Source: Bacilli bacterium (GTDB lineage Bacteria; Bacillota_I; Bacilli_A; RFN20; CAG-826). From it: 64,000 nucleotides of DNA. This document shows positions 33,067 to 42,141 of the stretch, piece by piece. The stretch covers positions 2,039 through 66,038 of the forward strand of contig JAGBLE010000001.1 in the NCBI GenBank assembly GCA_017635565.1, read 5' to 3'. A program made the position numbers and the translations under genes. Numbering within the stretch: position 1 is the stretch's first letter; the number at the start of each line of letters is the position of its first letter. The notes beneath the pieces were generated by a model. The model worked only from the letters and a program-made list of their open reading frames with translations, was not told the origin of the DNA and made no database searches.

Positions 33067-35817
33067 CTATTTTTCTTTCTTTGAAACTTTTCTCATAAAA
33101 ATGAGAGAGAACCCTAATAATGAGAGAGTTGAAAGTAACACGCTAGTCATTGCGATATTACCACCACAACCACCTGATCTTTGAGGAGTGACTGGTGTAA
33201 CATCTTTCCAAGTAGCGGTAACAACTGTGTTTTCGGTGATTGTTACTTTTTCTCCTGGTTGATGTTTTTCACCATTTACAGTCCAGGAATCAAATTCTTT
33301 TCCCTCAGGAGCGGTAAATGTACAAGTTGGTAATTCATATTCAGTATTTTCAAGTACTTCAACGCTTTCCATGGTGCCAGTTCCACTATTAGAATTGAAT
33401 GAAACAACATATTTAACTGGTTCAGGTGTAGGAATGTCTTTCCATGTTGCGGTAACGGTTGTATTTTCATTTACAACAATTTCATCACCTGGTTGATATT
33501 TATTTCCGTTAACCATCCAAGAGTCAAATTCTTTTCCTTCTGGTGCAACGAAATCACAAGTAGGGAGTTCATAATTTGTATTTTCAAGTACTTCAACACT
33601 TTTCATATTTCCAGAACCTGAATTAGCGTCAAATGAAACAACATATTTGACTGGATCTGGAGTTGGAATATCTTTCCAAGTAGCAACAACAGTTGTGTTT
33701 TCATTAACAGTGATTTCTTCACCTGGTTGATATTCGACTTCATTTACTAACCAAGAATTAAATTCTTTTCCTTCTGGAGCAGTGAATGTACAGGTTGGTA
33801 ATTCATATTCAGTATTTTCAAGTGCTTCAACATTTTCCATTGTTCCACTTCCAGTATTTGAATCGAATGAAACGACATATTTGACTGGTTCAGGTGTAGG
33901 AATGTCTTTCCATGTTGCTTTGATTTCAATATCTTTTGTGACATTAATTTCTTCACCTGGTGCATATTTGGTTTCCCCTACCATCCAAGAGTCAAATTCT
34001 TTTCCTTCTGGAGCAGTAAATGTACATGTTGGTAAAGTATAAGCACCTCTAATTTCAACATCGTCCATGATGCCACTTCCTCCGTTAGAAGAGAAAGAGA
34101 CAACATAATCTCTAAATTCATCATTAATCGCGGATAAAGTATCTCCAACAGTGCCATTTTTGTTTGGTGAAGATTTATACCATTCTTCTCCAAGTTCTTC
34201 ATAAGCGAAATCAGTTGATTTAATAACAATCTTTTTCGCATCATCACTTAATTCGTTATATTTTGCTAATAATCCTTTTTTGCTTTCTTCGCTTAATTTA
34301 GAAACATCAAATCCATTTTCAAGATTACGATAATTATCAAAGTAATCATTTAAGAATTTATAAGCTTCATATGAAGGAGTTTCATCCACTCTTGTGACTT
34401 CTTCTTTTGTTGCAGTGTATTTAACTCCATTAGAGTCGTTATCAATATGAGTGCTTGAAATATATTGGTCACGATAAATTTTATACGAAGTTGCTGTTTC
34501 ATTTTCTTGTTCGACAACGTCAAAGTCAAAGGCTGGGTATTCACTGTAATTAGTGACAAGTTCATCAAAATAAGAAGCTGCCCAGTTATTATCGAAAACA
34601 TCCGCTAAAGCGAGTTGAATGGTTTTTCCTTTGAATTCTTCTAAATTGATTAAGTGTCTAACCATGGTGACTGTATTAAAGCCAGTTAAAGCTTGAATGT
34701 TTTGGTCTTCATCAGTGCCACCTTTAAATGTTCTTAAGTCAACCCACGCTAAATCTTTTTGTGTTTCTGTGTCAATGACATGAAGAGAAGCAGATCTTCC
34801 AGCCATTTTAATGCTTACTAAACCAGTATTTGATAAGACAAATGGGCGGGAAACAAATCGATATATTGGTTTATCACTATCGATATATCCAGCGTCAAGA
34901 GAATGCTCGTACCATCCTTTGAAATATCCTTCTCCAGTTTTATTGAATGGCATATTGCTGCCACCACGAACTATGTCTGTTCCAATAACGTTATCAACGT
35001 GTCTAGCAGTGTCCAAATAATTATCGTAATTAAGATCTAAATACCAATTATTTGTAAATTTAGCATTATCTTCAAAATCTTCATCGATATTATCCGCGGT
35101 TTTTAAGAACACTCTTCTTAAGTCGCCATTAGCGAAATAATGTCCATAAATTGCTTTATTATTATTCTTTTTCCAATCTCTTGTATCAGTAATATCGACG
35201 TGGTTGAGATAATAATACATCGCTTCACGAACTTGTTCTTCATTTTGGTTAACATGAAGATATCCAAAGTTATGGAAACCATAATCTCCAGTTTTTCCAT
35301 CAATAAGTTCGATATACATATCAAATGGATTGCCGTTAAAGGAAGAATATATATCGCTTGGAACTTCAAAATATCTAAGAAGCATTGGGTTTTCTGCAAA
35401 AGTGTTGTTCATCACTTTACTGACATGCATATTTCCTTCAGTGCCATAATGGATATTGAGATATACTTCTCCTTCTACCCCTTCGGCGTTATAATCTTTC
35501 GCTCCACCCCACTGGAAATAAATAAATGGAGTAGTTTGTTTCCATGTTTTGGTGGTTAAGGAACCAGTCCATCCTTCCTTACTTTCTCCGCGATAGAAAT
35601 TATCCAAAGCGTTAAATGAATATCCTTCTCCCCAGAAAGTTGCGTTTTTGTCTGCGATACTTCCTTTGTCCTCATTAAAATCGAGGAATAAATCAGAAAC
35701 ATTAATATAAGTTTCTAATTCTTCAGCGTGCGCTTCTTTAAGGCCTTGTCCTTTTAATTGGCTAATTGATAAGACCGACAAAGTAAGAAGTGGAAAAATG
35801 AAAATGCTTTTTTTCAT
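33067..35817 (-). CDS. 916-aa surface protein: signal peptide, two-domain putative glycan-binding module, four Listeria-Bacteroides-type repeats, C-terminal TM anchor
   Basis: MKKSIFIFPLLTLSVLS signal. EGWTGSL...IYFQWGGAKD; SNMPFNKTGEGYF; FVLSNTGLVSIKMAGRS. Four ~78-aa YVVSF.SN.GSG.M...LPTC.F.APEGKEF.SW.V...PGE...ATWKD repeats. Tail GGCGGNIAMTSVLLSTLSLLGFSLIFMRKVSKKEK. Confidence 0.6.
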   Translation of the reverse strand: MKKSIFIFPLLTLSVLSISQLKGQGLKEAHAEELETYINVSDLFLDFNEDKGSIADKNATFWGEGYSFNALDNFYRGESKEGWTGSLTTKTWKQTTPFIYFQWGGAKDYNAEGVEGEVYLNIHYGTEGNMHVSKVMNNTFAENPMLLRYFEVPSDIYSSFNGNPFDMYIELIDGKTGDYGFHNFGYLHVNQNEEQVREAMYYYLNHVDITDTRDWKKNNNKAIYGHYFANGDLRRVFLKTADNIDEDFEDNAKFTNNWYLDLNYDNYLDTARHVDNVIGTDIVRGGSNMPFNKTGEGYFKGWYEHSLDAGYIDSDKPIYRFVSRPFVLSNTGLVSIKMAGRSASLHVIDTETQKDLAWVDLRTFKGGTDEDQNIQALTGFNTVTMVRHLINLEEFKGKTIQLALADVFDNNWAASYFDELVTNYSEYPAFDFDVVEQENETATSYKIYRDQYISSTHIDNDSNGVKYTATKEEVTRVDETPSYEAYKFLNDYFDNYRNLENGFDVSKLSEESKKGLLAKYNELSDDAKKIVIKSTDFAYEELGEEWYKSSPNKNGTVGDTLSAINDEFRDYVVSFSSNGGSGIMDDVEIRGAYTLPTCTFTAPEGKEFDSWMVGETKYAPGEEINVTKDIEIKATWKDIPTPEPVKYVVSFDSNTGSGTMENVEALENTEYELPTCTFTAPEGKEFNSWLVNEVEYQPGEEITVNENTTVVATWKDIPTPDPVKYVVSFDANSGSGNMKSVEVLENTNYELPTCDFVAPEGKEFDSWMVNGNKYQPGDEIVVNENTTVTATWKDIPTPEPVKYVVSFNSNSGTGTMESVEVLENTEYELPTCTFTAPEGKEFDSWTVNGEKHQPGEKVTITENTVVTATWKDVTPVTPQRSGGCGGNIAMTSVLLSTLSLLGFSLIFMRKVSKKEK
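33205..34107 (-). repeat. four in-frame tandem repeats (76, 78, 78 and 69 codons) encoding Listeria-Bacteroides (Flg_new-like) repeats
   Basis: Repeat boundaries counted from the protein (aa 571-871). Stretches such as GGTGTAGGAATGTCTTTCCATGTTGC recur at the DNA level. Confidence 0.75.
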
Positions 35818-35830
35818 ATGTTATCTTCTC

Positions 35831-37165
35831 CTATAAATATTTAATAAGCTTTGTATTTTTGCTTTTAATAACAATTTGTAATAAATCATCACTTAAATCT
35901 GGATAAATAAGTGAAGATAATGATTTTCCATCGACGAATAATTCAACTGAAAATTCATCCATGACCAAATAGATTTCATGTTTCTTATTTTTGATATAAG
36001 GAAGCTTTCTTATTCCATTTAATGAATCAGAATCAGTTTCGTTTCCTTTTATTTCTTTTCCAGAATGACTTCGATCAAAAACCCATTCGTTTTCATTTAA
36101 ATAGAAAATGGTTTGATGTTCATCTCCTTTTCTAAAAGAAATATGTAAAGATTCTAAATCGGTTATTTCTAATTTGTAGAAGCCATATTTTACGTGTTCA
36201 ACATATTCTATATCAGTAATATCTTTTTCTTCTTTTTTGTTTTTTGGTAAAACAGGCTTTTGATATAATTCGTTATTTTTAACGCTTATATGACGAGGAA
36301 CAGTAAGACTTCCCGCAAAACCATATTCTTCGCTTGGATTATTTCTGTCCCACATATCAAGCCACCCGATTAAGATGTTATCTCCCAAAATCACTTGAGG
36401 AGCGTAAAAATCAAAACCGTAATCAATCATTCCTTTATTAGTTTTATTAAATTTATGATCAACAAATTTACCAATTTCCCAATCAGTGGAATGAATGTTA
36501 TGGTGAAGATATCCATTTACTGGTTGAAATTGTTCACAGTAAAGAAGAAGATTTAAATCTGAAACATAATCAGGACATTCAATCATGACGCCTTCACTAT
36601 CGGAAGGTAAGATTGAAGAAACAAATGTCCAAGATAACAAATCATTTGATTCATATCTTAAGATATTTCCTCTTCCTTCTTTTCTTCTAGCGGCGACAAG
36701 CATAACGAAATGATTATTTTCTTTGAACACCATTGGATCTCTAAAATCATTTGGAGCAAATTCTTTTGGAAGATTATCTTCTCCGATGATTAATCCAAGC
36801 TTTTTAAAGTGGATTCCATCTTCGCTATAAGCAAGACATTGTTGTTGCCTAATCTTTTCTGGATCTTCGTTAAATATAAAGCCAGTATAAACAACATATA
36901 ATTTGTCTTCATAAACAAAAGCGGAGCCAGAAAAACATCCATCTTTATCAAAAGTATCACCCGGAGTTAAAGCGATAGGGAGATGTTCCCAATTTAATAA
37001 GTCATCACTGATAACATGTCCCCAATGCATTGGTCCCCATGTAATTCCGTAAGGATGGTGTTGATAAAAAACATGATATTTTCCTTTAAATTTAATTACT
37101 CCATTAGGATCATTAATCCAATTACTTGGAGCGGTGATGTGAAATTTTGGTCGAATATTATTCAT
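35831..37165 (-). CDS. cytoplasmic GH32 beta-fructofuranosidase (sucrose-6-P hydrolase / FOS hydrolase-like)
   Basis: FHITAPSNWINDPNG, FRDP and ECPD catalytic motifs, no signal peptide. Start set to ATG 37165 (MNNIRPKFH), overlapping the upstream stop as ATGAATAA. Confidence 0.85.
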   Translation of the reverse strand: MNNIRPKFHITAPSNWINDPNGVIKFKGKYHVFYQHHPYGITWGPMHWGHVISDDLLNWEHLPIALTPGDTFDKDGCFSGSAFVYEDKLYVVYTGFIFNEDPEKIRQQQCLAYSEDGIHFKKLGLIIGEDNLPKEFAPNDFRDPMVFKENNHFVMLVAARRKEGRGNILRYESNDLLSWTFVSSILPSDSEGVMIECPDYVSDLNLLLYCEQFQPVNGYLHHNIHSTDWEIGKFVDHKFNKTNKGMIDYGFDFYAPQVILGDNILIGWLDMWDRNNPSEEYGFAGSLTVPRHISVKNNELYQKPVLPKNKKEEKDITDIEYVEHVKYGFYKLEITDLESLHISFRKGDEHQTIFYLNENEWVFDRSHSGKEIKGNETDSDSLNGIRKLPYIKNKKHEIYLVMDEFSVELFVDGKSLSSLIYPDLSDDLLQIVIKSKNTKLIKYL

Positions 37166-39635
37166 ATTTTGCTTCGAGTCCTGTGACAAGAGAGTCGCTA
37201 TTTTCGTAATAAGTGACAAAATCATCCGCAAATAATAATCCCCAATCAGAAGAAGCATTATCCACTAAACGGATTTTGACTTTTCTTCCCATGAAGCTGC
37301 TTAAATCAGCGACATATTGGACCATATTTGCCATATAAATGTCATCATTACTTAAATCAATTGGTTGACCATTATAGAAATAACGTCTCGCCATTTGATC
37401 ATTGAATTTATAATTTGAGAATTTGATTAAAGATTCTTCAGTGGTTGAATCAATAATTTCAACATAAGTATTCTCTTTATTCTTTCCTCCACCGAGTTTA
37501 AATGAAATATATCCAGTTCCACCGATAGTGAATTCACTACTAGTTAATGAACCAGTTGCTTCTTCTTTTCCATTCCATCCAGAGAAGAAATATGTTCCTG
37601 TTTTATTGAAATCATACCATTCATTCCACCAGACTTCGTCATAGCCAATATTACCGATTTCTTCTCCACCAGTTGAGAAAGTCCAACCAGTGAAATCACC
37701 TTTTTCAAATCCACCATTGAGAACTTGATATTCATTAGTGGTTTCCGTAGTTGGTAAAATATCAACCGCATCATAATAAGAAAGAGGTAATGAATTTTCA
37801 TTTACATAATAAGTAATGAAGCTATCAACAGTAACTAAGCCCCAATTATTTGTAGCGAAGTCATTAACGCGGATATATACTTCTTTATCCATGAATTCAC
37901 TGATATCAGCGACATATTGAACCATGTTCATTAAATTTGAACCTTTGTTAAGTAGAGAAGTTCCTAAATCATGGAAATATCGATTTGCATATCTCGCTAA
38001 TTCTTGATTTGTTTCTTTGTCATATAAGGAGATATAGCAGAATCTTGGATCTTTTCCTCCGCCAAATCTAAATGACATCTTTCCAATGCCGCCTACTTTA
38101 AAGCTTTCACTTTGAATGTATCCGGTTAAGCTTTCTGAAGTTTCTCCAGATAATAAATATCTTCCATTTTTATTAAATGTGAATCCTTCATCCCACCATC
38201 CATCTTTATCGGTGACGGTTGCAAAAGCATCACCCACTAAAGTCCAATTCTCGAGATTTCCTTTTTCGAAAGTACCGTTTTTAACTTGGCATTCACTTTC
38301 AATTTCTGTTTCGATATTAATCATTGAATGAGCTTCAAAATGATCCTGGTTATAGAAAGTTGGTTTCTCAGGATAATATGTATAAATTGAATCTAAAGTC
38401 ATGCACGCTAAATCATCAGGACTTGTGTTATTATCCACAACTTCAATATATAAAGTGTCACCAATATATTCTCTTAAATCAGCGATATATTGGATTAAAT
38501 TAAGCAATCTCATTCCGTTAGCGACATACGGGAATTGGAAATCCCAATATGTGCGGTGAGAATATCTCGCCACTTCAGTTGAAGTTGAGTCATCAATAAC
38601 TTTGTAAATTGATAAATATGTTAAATAATTTTCACGACATCCACCGAGTTTAAAGGAAATATAACCACTACCGCCAAGTTTAAAACGAGTTGATCTCATT
38701 TTTCCAGTTGCGGAAGGTTTATAGTAGCCATAATGGTAATCGCCTTCTCTTTGATAAGAGATATTTTCATTCCACCATGTTGATTCGTGATTAATTCCTT
38801 CATTTGAAAACGCTAATCCTTCAATTACTTCCCAACCCGCTAAAGAGCCAAGTTCAAAATCTCCGTTAGCGATTTCATATTCACTAGGAGCGGTTGCTTC
38901 TTCAACGTATTGACGGGTTTTGACGTAATATTCGCCTTCTTCTTGAGGATCTTCTCCGCCAATGCGAATATCATCAACAGAAAGGTAGCCATAATATACA
39001 TCTTTGTCGTTATCAACGATACGAACATATAATTCTTCGCCGATATATTCTGCTAAGTCGATTTCATAATCAACAAAGTTATCAGTGCTATAAACACCAG
39101 CGTTATATTTCTTAACGTCAACATATTCTTCCGTATGTTCGATGAAATATTCGTTGATTTGTTTAGCAATCATTCTGTCATCACTAGCGCGATAAACACC
39201 GAAATAACAAATTTCTGCGTCACTTTTTCTTGCTGCTCCAGTTCCTTTTCCTCTAGTTGAAGCTCCGCCTGCTAATTTAACAGCAATCGAACCATCTCCA
39301 CCGAGTTTGAAGTTATTGGATCTAATCGCACCAATTCTTCCATTTGAATAAGTTCCATCAAAACCTTTACCAGAAAGATACCAATTACCTTCTTGTCCAA
39401 TTTTGATTTCGACGTGTTCTGGATCATAAGAATAAGTAAATGTTTTGTTTGATGAAACCGAACCATCATCAAAAGCGTTACCGTATTCAATCGTCCATCC
39501 AGATAAATTTGATGATTCAAATCCACCATTGATGAGAGTTTCTCTAACTGGATCAATTATCTTAGTTTCGGTATTAGAACAACCACTTACCGCAAAAGCA
39601 ATAATTGGTAAAAGAAGACAATATTTCTTATGCAT
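37158..39635 (-). CDS. 825-aa lipoprotein made of four tandem ~190-aa beta-sandwich-like repeats (putative fructan-binding)
   Basis: Lipobox IIAFAVSGC. Four repeats, each opening NG.FE.G.L.GW and containing F.LGG.G.ISFKLGG and ...D.F.TYY. Confidence 0.6.
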   Translation of the reverse strand: MHKKYCLLLPIIAFAVSGCSNTETKIIDPVRETLINGGFESSNLSGWTIEYGNAFDDGSVSSNKTFTYSYDPEHVEIKIGQEGNWYLSGKGFDGTYSNGRIGAIRSNNFKLGGDGSIAVKLAGGASTRGKGTGAARKSDAEICYFGVYRASDDRMIAKQINEYFIEHTEEYVDVKKYNAGVYSTDNFVDYEIDLAEYIGEELYVRIVDNDKDVYYGYLSVDDIRIGGEDPQEEGEYYVKTRQYVEEATAPSEYEIANGDFELGSLAGWEVIEGLAFSNEGINHESTWWNENISYQREGDYHYGYYKPSATGKMRSTRFKLGGSGYISFKLGGCRENYLTYLSIYKVIDDSTSTEVARYSHRTYWDFQFPYVANGMRLLNLIQYIADLREYIGDTLYIEVVDNNTSPDDLACMTLDSIYTYYPEKPTFYNQDHFEAHSMINIETEIESECQVKNGTFEKGNLENWTLVGDAFATVTDKDGWWDEGFTFNKNGRYLLSGETSESLTGYIQSESFKVGGIGKMSFRFGGGKDPRFCYISLYDKETNQELARYANRYFHDLGTSLLNKGSNLMNMVQYVADISEFMDKEVYIRVNDFATNNWGLVTVDSFITYYVNENSLPLSYYDAVDILPTTETTNEYQVLNGGFEKGDFTGWTFSTGGEEIGNIGYDEVWWNEWYDFNKTGTYFFSGWNGKEEATGSLTSSEFTIGGTGYISFKLGGGKNKENTYVEIIDSTTEESLIKFSNYKFNDQMARRYFYNGQPIDLSNDDIYMANMVQYVADLSSFMGRKVKIRLVDNASSDWGLLFADDFVTYYENSDSLVTGLEAKYE

Positions 39636-42141
39636 AAACTAATTCCTCCAAAGTACCAGTATTGCCGTAATAGGCAGGGGTTGTTTCATCAAAATAAATG
39701 CTATCGAATTTTGTAATCTTAACATCGCTAACAGAAATATTAGCGTTATTATCAAAGAAGTGGAGATAATCACTATCGCTACATTTTGGATAAATACGAG
39801 ATGTGATTTGATCTTTGTTATTGATATAAACTTCTAAACAAGAACGATCCATCAATATTGTTAATTCGATATTTTTTTCATGAATTCCAAATGTATTTGT
39901 ATCTGATTTATCAACATAATCTAATAAAGTTGAATCAGTACGGTTGACAAAGACTCCATTATCATTGATAACAATTGAAGATCTTTCAGTTCTTCCAGCG
40001 ATAACATTTTTGTTATATCTAACATGGAGACCAGTAGAATAATTAGAATCACTATTAATATGAATCTTAGCTTTAATTTCTAAAGCATCTCCACGAATAT
40101 TTTCAATTTCACTATTGATTTCATTTACGTTTAATGAAGTACCTGCTTCTTGTTCGTAAAGAACTTCACTATAAGCAGAAGTGAGTTCTTTAATTGGTTC
40201 TCTAAGAACAGTTTTTCCATCAGTATCTAAATGAATTTCAACTGGCATGGCTAAGCTATGCGCCCAACCAGCGTCAATATTTTGAGCGGTTCCCGCTGAT
40301 TTACCTTGGGCTAAAGCAATGATGACTGTTCTTCCTTCATCATATCGAGTTTTACCATTAGCCTTATCTTCTTCAGTTAAATAACAGAAACCAGTTTGAC
40401 CTGTGTATATTCCTTTACCATAATCAAATAATTTTGGTTCATGATCATCAGGAATAAATTTACAAGTTGTTTTATCGAATTGACCAATCCAATAAAGACA
40501 ATCGACAACATATCCATCCACTGTATATTGTGGGCAATCGAATAAAATATATTTTTTAATGCTTCCATCTTTTGATGAAATTGGGAACATAACAACGCAT
40601 TCCCAGTGTGCACCTTGAACTGGATATTGATCAAATGGACATTCATATAAATAGCCGTGATACGTCCAGTCACGCATATTTTTAGAAGTAAATACGTTAG
40701 CGGAACCACCTCTTCCAGGGATTGAAGTTGAAACGAGCATATAGTAAATTCCATCATCAAACCAGACAAATGGATCTCTAAATTGTTCTCTTTCACCCAT
40801 GATATCTCCCGCTGGTTGAGTAATGGTTACTTTATCTTCCACTATCCAGTCAGTTAAATATGGATCATCAGGATCAGCGCAATGTGCAAAAGCGATATTT
40901 TGACCAGTCCATGTTGAGGTGTTAGTGCCAGCAGTAATGATAAGCCAAGGGGTTCCATCAGGACCAATAACAGATCCACCAGTCCAAACTCCTTCTGGGC
41001 ATATTCCTTCAGTTGGAACAACCGCATCTTTAACGCTTTCCCAATGAATTAAATCTCTTGAAGCGAGATGAGCCCATCTAATTTGTGACCAATATGGTCC
41101 GATTGGGTTATGTTGATAAAATAAATGATACATTCCTTTGTAATATATTGGAGCGTGTGGTTCATTCATCCAAACCGCTGAAGGGATTCCGTGATAAATA
41201 CTACGATAACGATCTCCTTCATATTGAGAGCGGTCTTCTTTGACTTCATCAAAAGGTAAGACTGGATGATTTCCATTAACGCATCCTGCTAAATATTCAT
41301 CTCTCACTGTTTTAAGTGGTAAAGAATCTTCATATAATTTGAAATCATCAATTAATCCAGCTGGATATTGTCTATGACAACCAAATTCAATTTGAGGGGA
41401 ATTGTAATAACAGACATACATTTTTTCATAGGAAGTAATGATTTCTGTATCCACTAATTCTGGGATATAAGATTCATACGCTCTTTGACCGTTATAAAAA
41501 AGAGCGATATATCCAGTTTTTCCATCATAACTCGCTGCGATATGATTCCATTCATATAATTTTAATTTATTAAGAGGATCATAAAATCCCATCATAAAAT
41601 CATCGTCAGTTTCATTGTTGTGTAAACAGAGTTGAAGACCCCATTTTCCAAGCCTTCCATATCCAAATGTAAAGCCTTCACCATTTTCCATATGACCTTG
41701 ATTAGCAATCGCAGATAAACGTGGATGACCACGAGCGATTGATTCCCAATCATAATCAACAAGGTTTTCAAATCCACGAGGCGCAATCCAACAAGAAATA
41801 GTTAATTTATCAGTTGGGGTATCAAAATCATTAAGAATCATTCTAGTTGAGTGACCATCAAGATATAAGGAAGAACCGTGGACTCCTTGTTTGAAAAGGG
41901 GATCGCTTGGCGCTTTAAATATCTTTTCAGCGTTTGATTCATTAAAAATATAATTGACTTTTTGCCTTTCTCCCGTGGCTTTGTTAATGATGTATTCTTT
42001 GTCATGAGAATCAAAATCAAAATTAATTTTTAAATTTTTTGAATAATCGTGAGAAGAACTTGAACCCGCTCCATTTGAAGTACAGGAAAAGAGAACAAAA
42101 CTAGTAAGAAATAACGTTAATAATTTATTGATTTTTGTCAT
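39628..42141 (-). CDS. 837-aa lipoprotein GH32 fructanase with N-terminal LamG-like domain (endo-type WMNEP motif)
   Basis: Lipobox FVLFSC. LamG pattern SLYLDGHS...ISCWIAP...NHIAASYDG...LIDDFKLY. GH32 motifs VWMNEPHAPIYYKGMYHLFYQHNP, FRDPFVW and WECV. Confidence 0.8.
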   Translation of the reverse strand: MTKINKLLTLFLTSFVLFSCTSNGAGSSSSHDYSKNLKINFDFDSHDKEYIINKATGERQKVNYIFNESNAEKIFKAPSDPLFKQGVHGSSLYLDGHSTRMILNDFDTPTDKLTISCWIAPRGFENLVDYDWESIARGHPRLSAIANQGHMENGEGFTFGYGRLGKWGLQLCLHNNETDDDFMMGFYDPLNKLKLYEWNHIAASYDGKTGYIALFYNGQRAYESYIPELVDTEIITSYEKMYVCYYNSPQIEFGCHRQYPAGLIDDFKLYEDSLPLKTVRDEYLAGCVNGNHPVLPFDEVKEDRSQYEGDRYRSIYHGIPSAVWMNEPHAPIYYKGMYHLFYQHNPIGPYWSQIRWAHLASRDLIHWESVKDAVVPTEGICPEGVWTGGSVIGPDGTPWLIITAGTNTSTWTGQNIAFAHCADPDDPYLTDWIVEDKVTITQPAGDIMGEREQFRDPFVWFDDGIYYMLVSTSIPGRGGSANVFTSKNMRDWTYHGYLYECPFDQYPVQGAHWECVVMFPISSKDGSIKKYILFDCPQYTVDGYVVDCLYWIGQFDKTTCKFIPDDHEPKLFDYGKGIYTGQTGFCYLTEEDKANGKTRYDEGRTVIIALAQGKSAGTAQNIDAGWAHSLAMPVEIHLDTDGKTVLREPIKELTSAYSEVLYEQEAGTSLNVNEINSEIENIRGDALEIKAKIHINSDSNYSTGLHVRYNKNVIAGRTERSSIVINDNGVFVNRTDSTLLDYVDKSDTNTFGIHEKNIELTILMDRSCLEVYINNKDQITSRIYPKCSDSDYLHFFDNNANISVSDVKITKFDSIYFDETTPAYYGNTGTLEELVYA

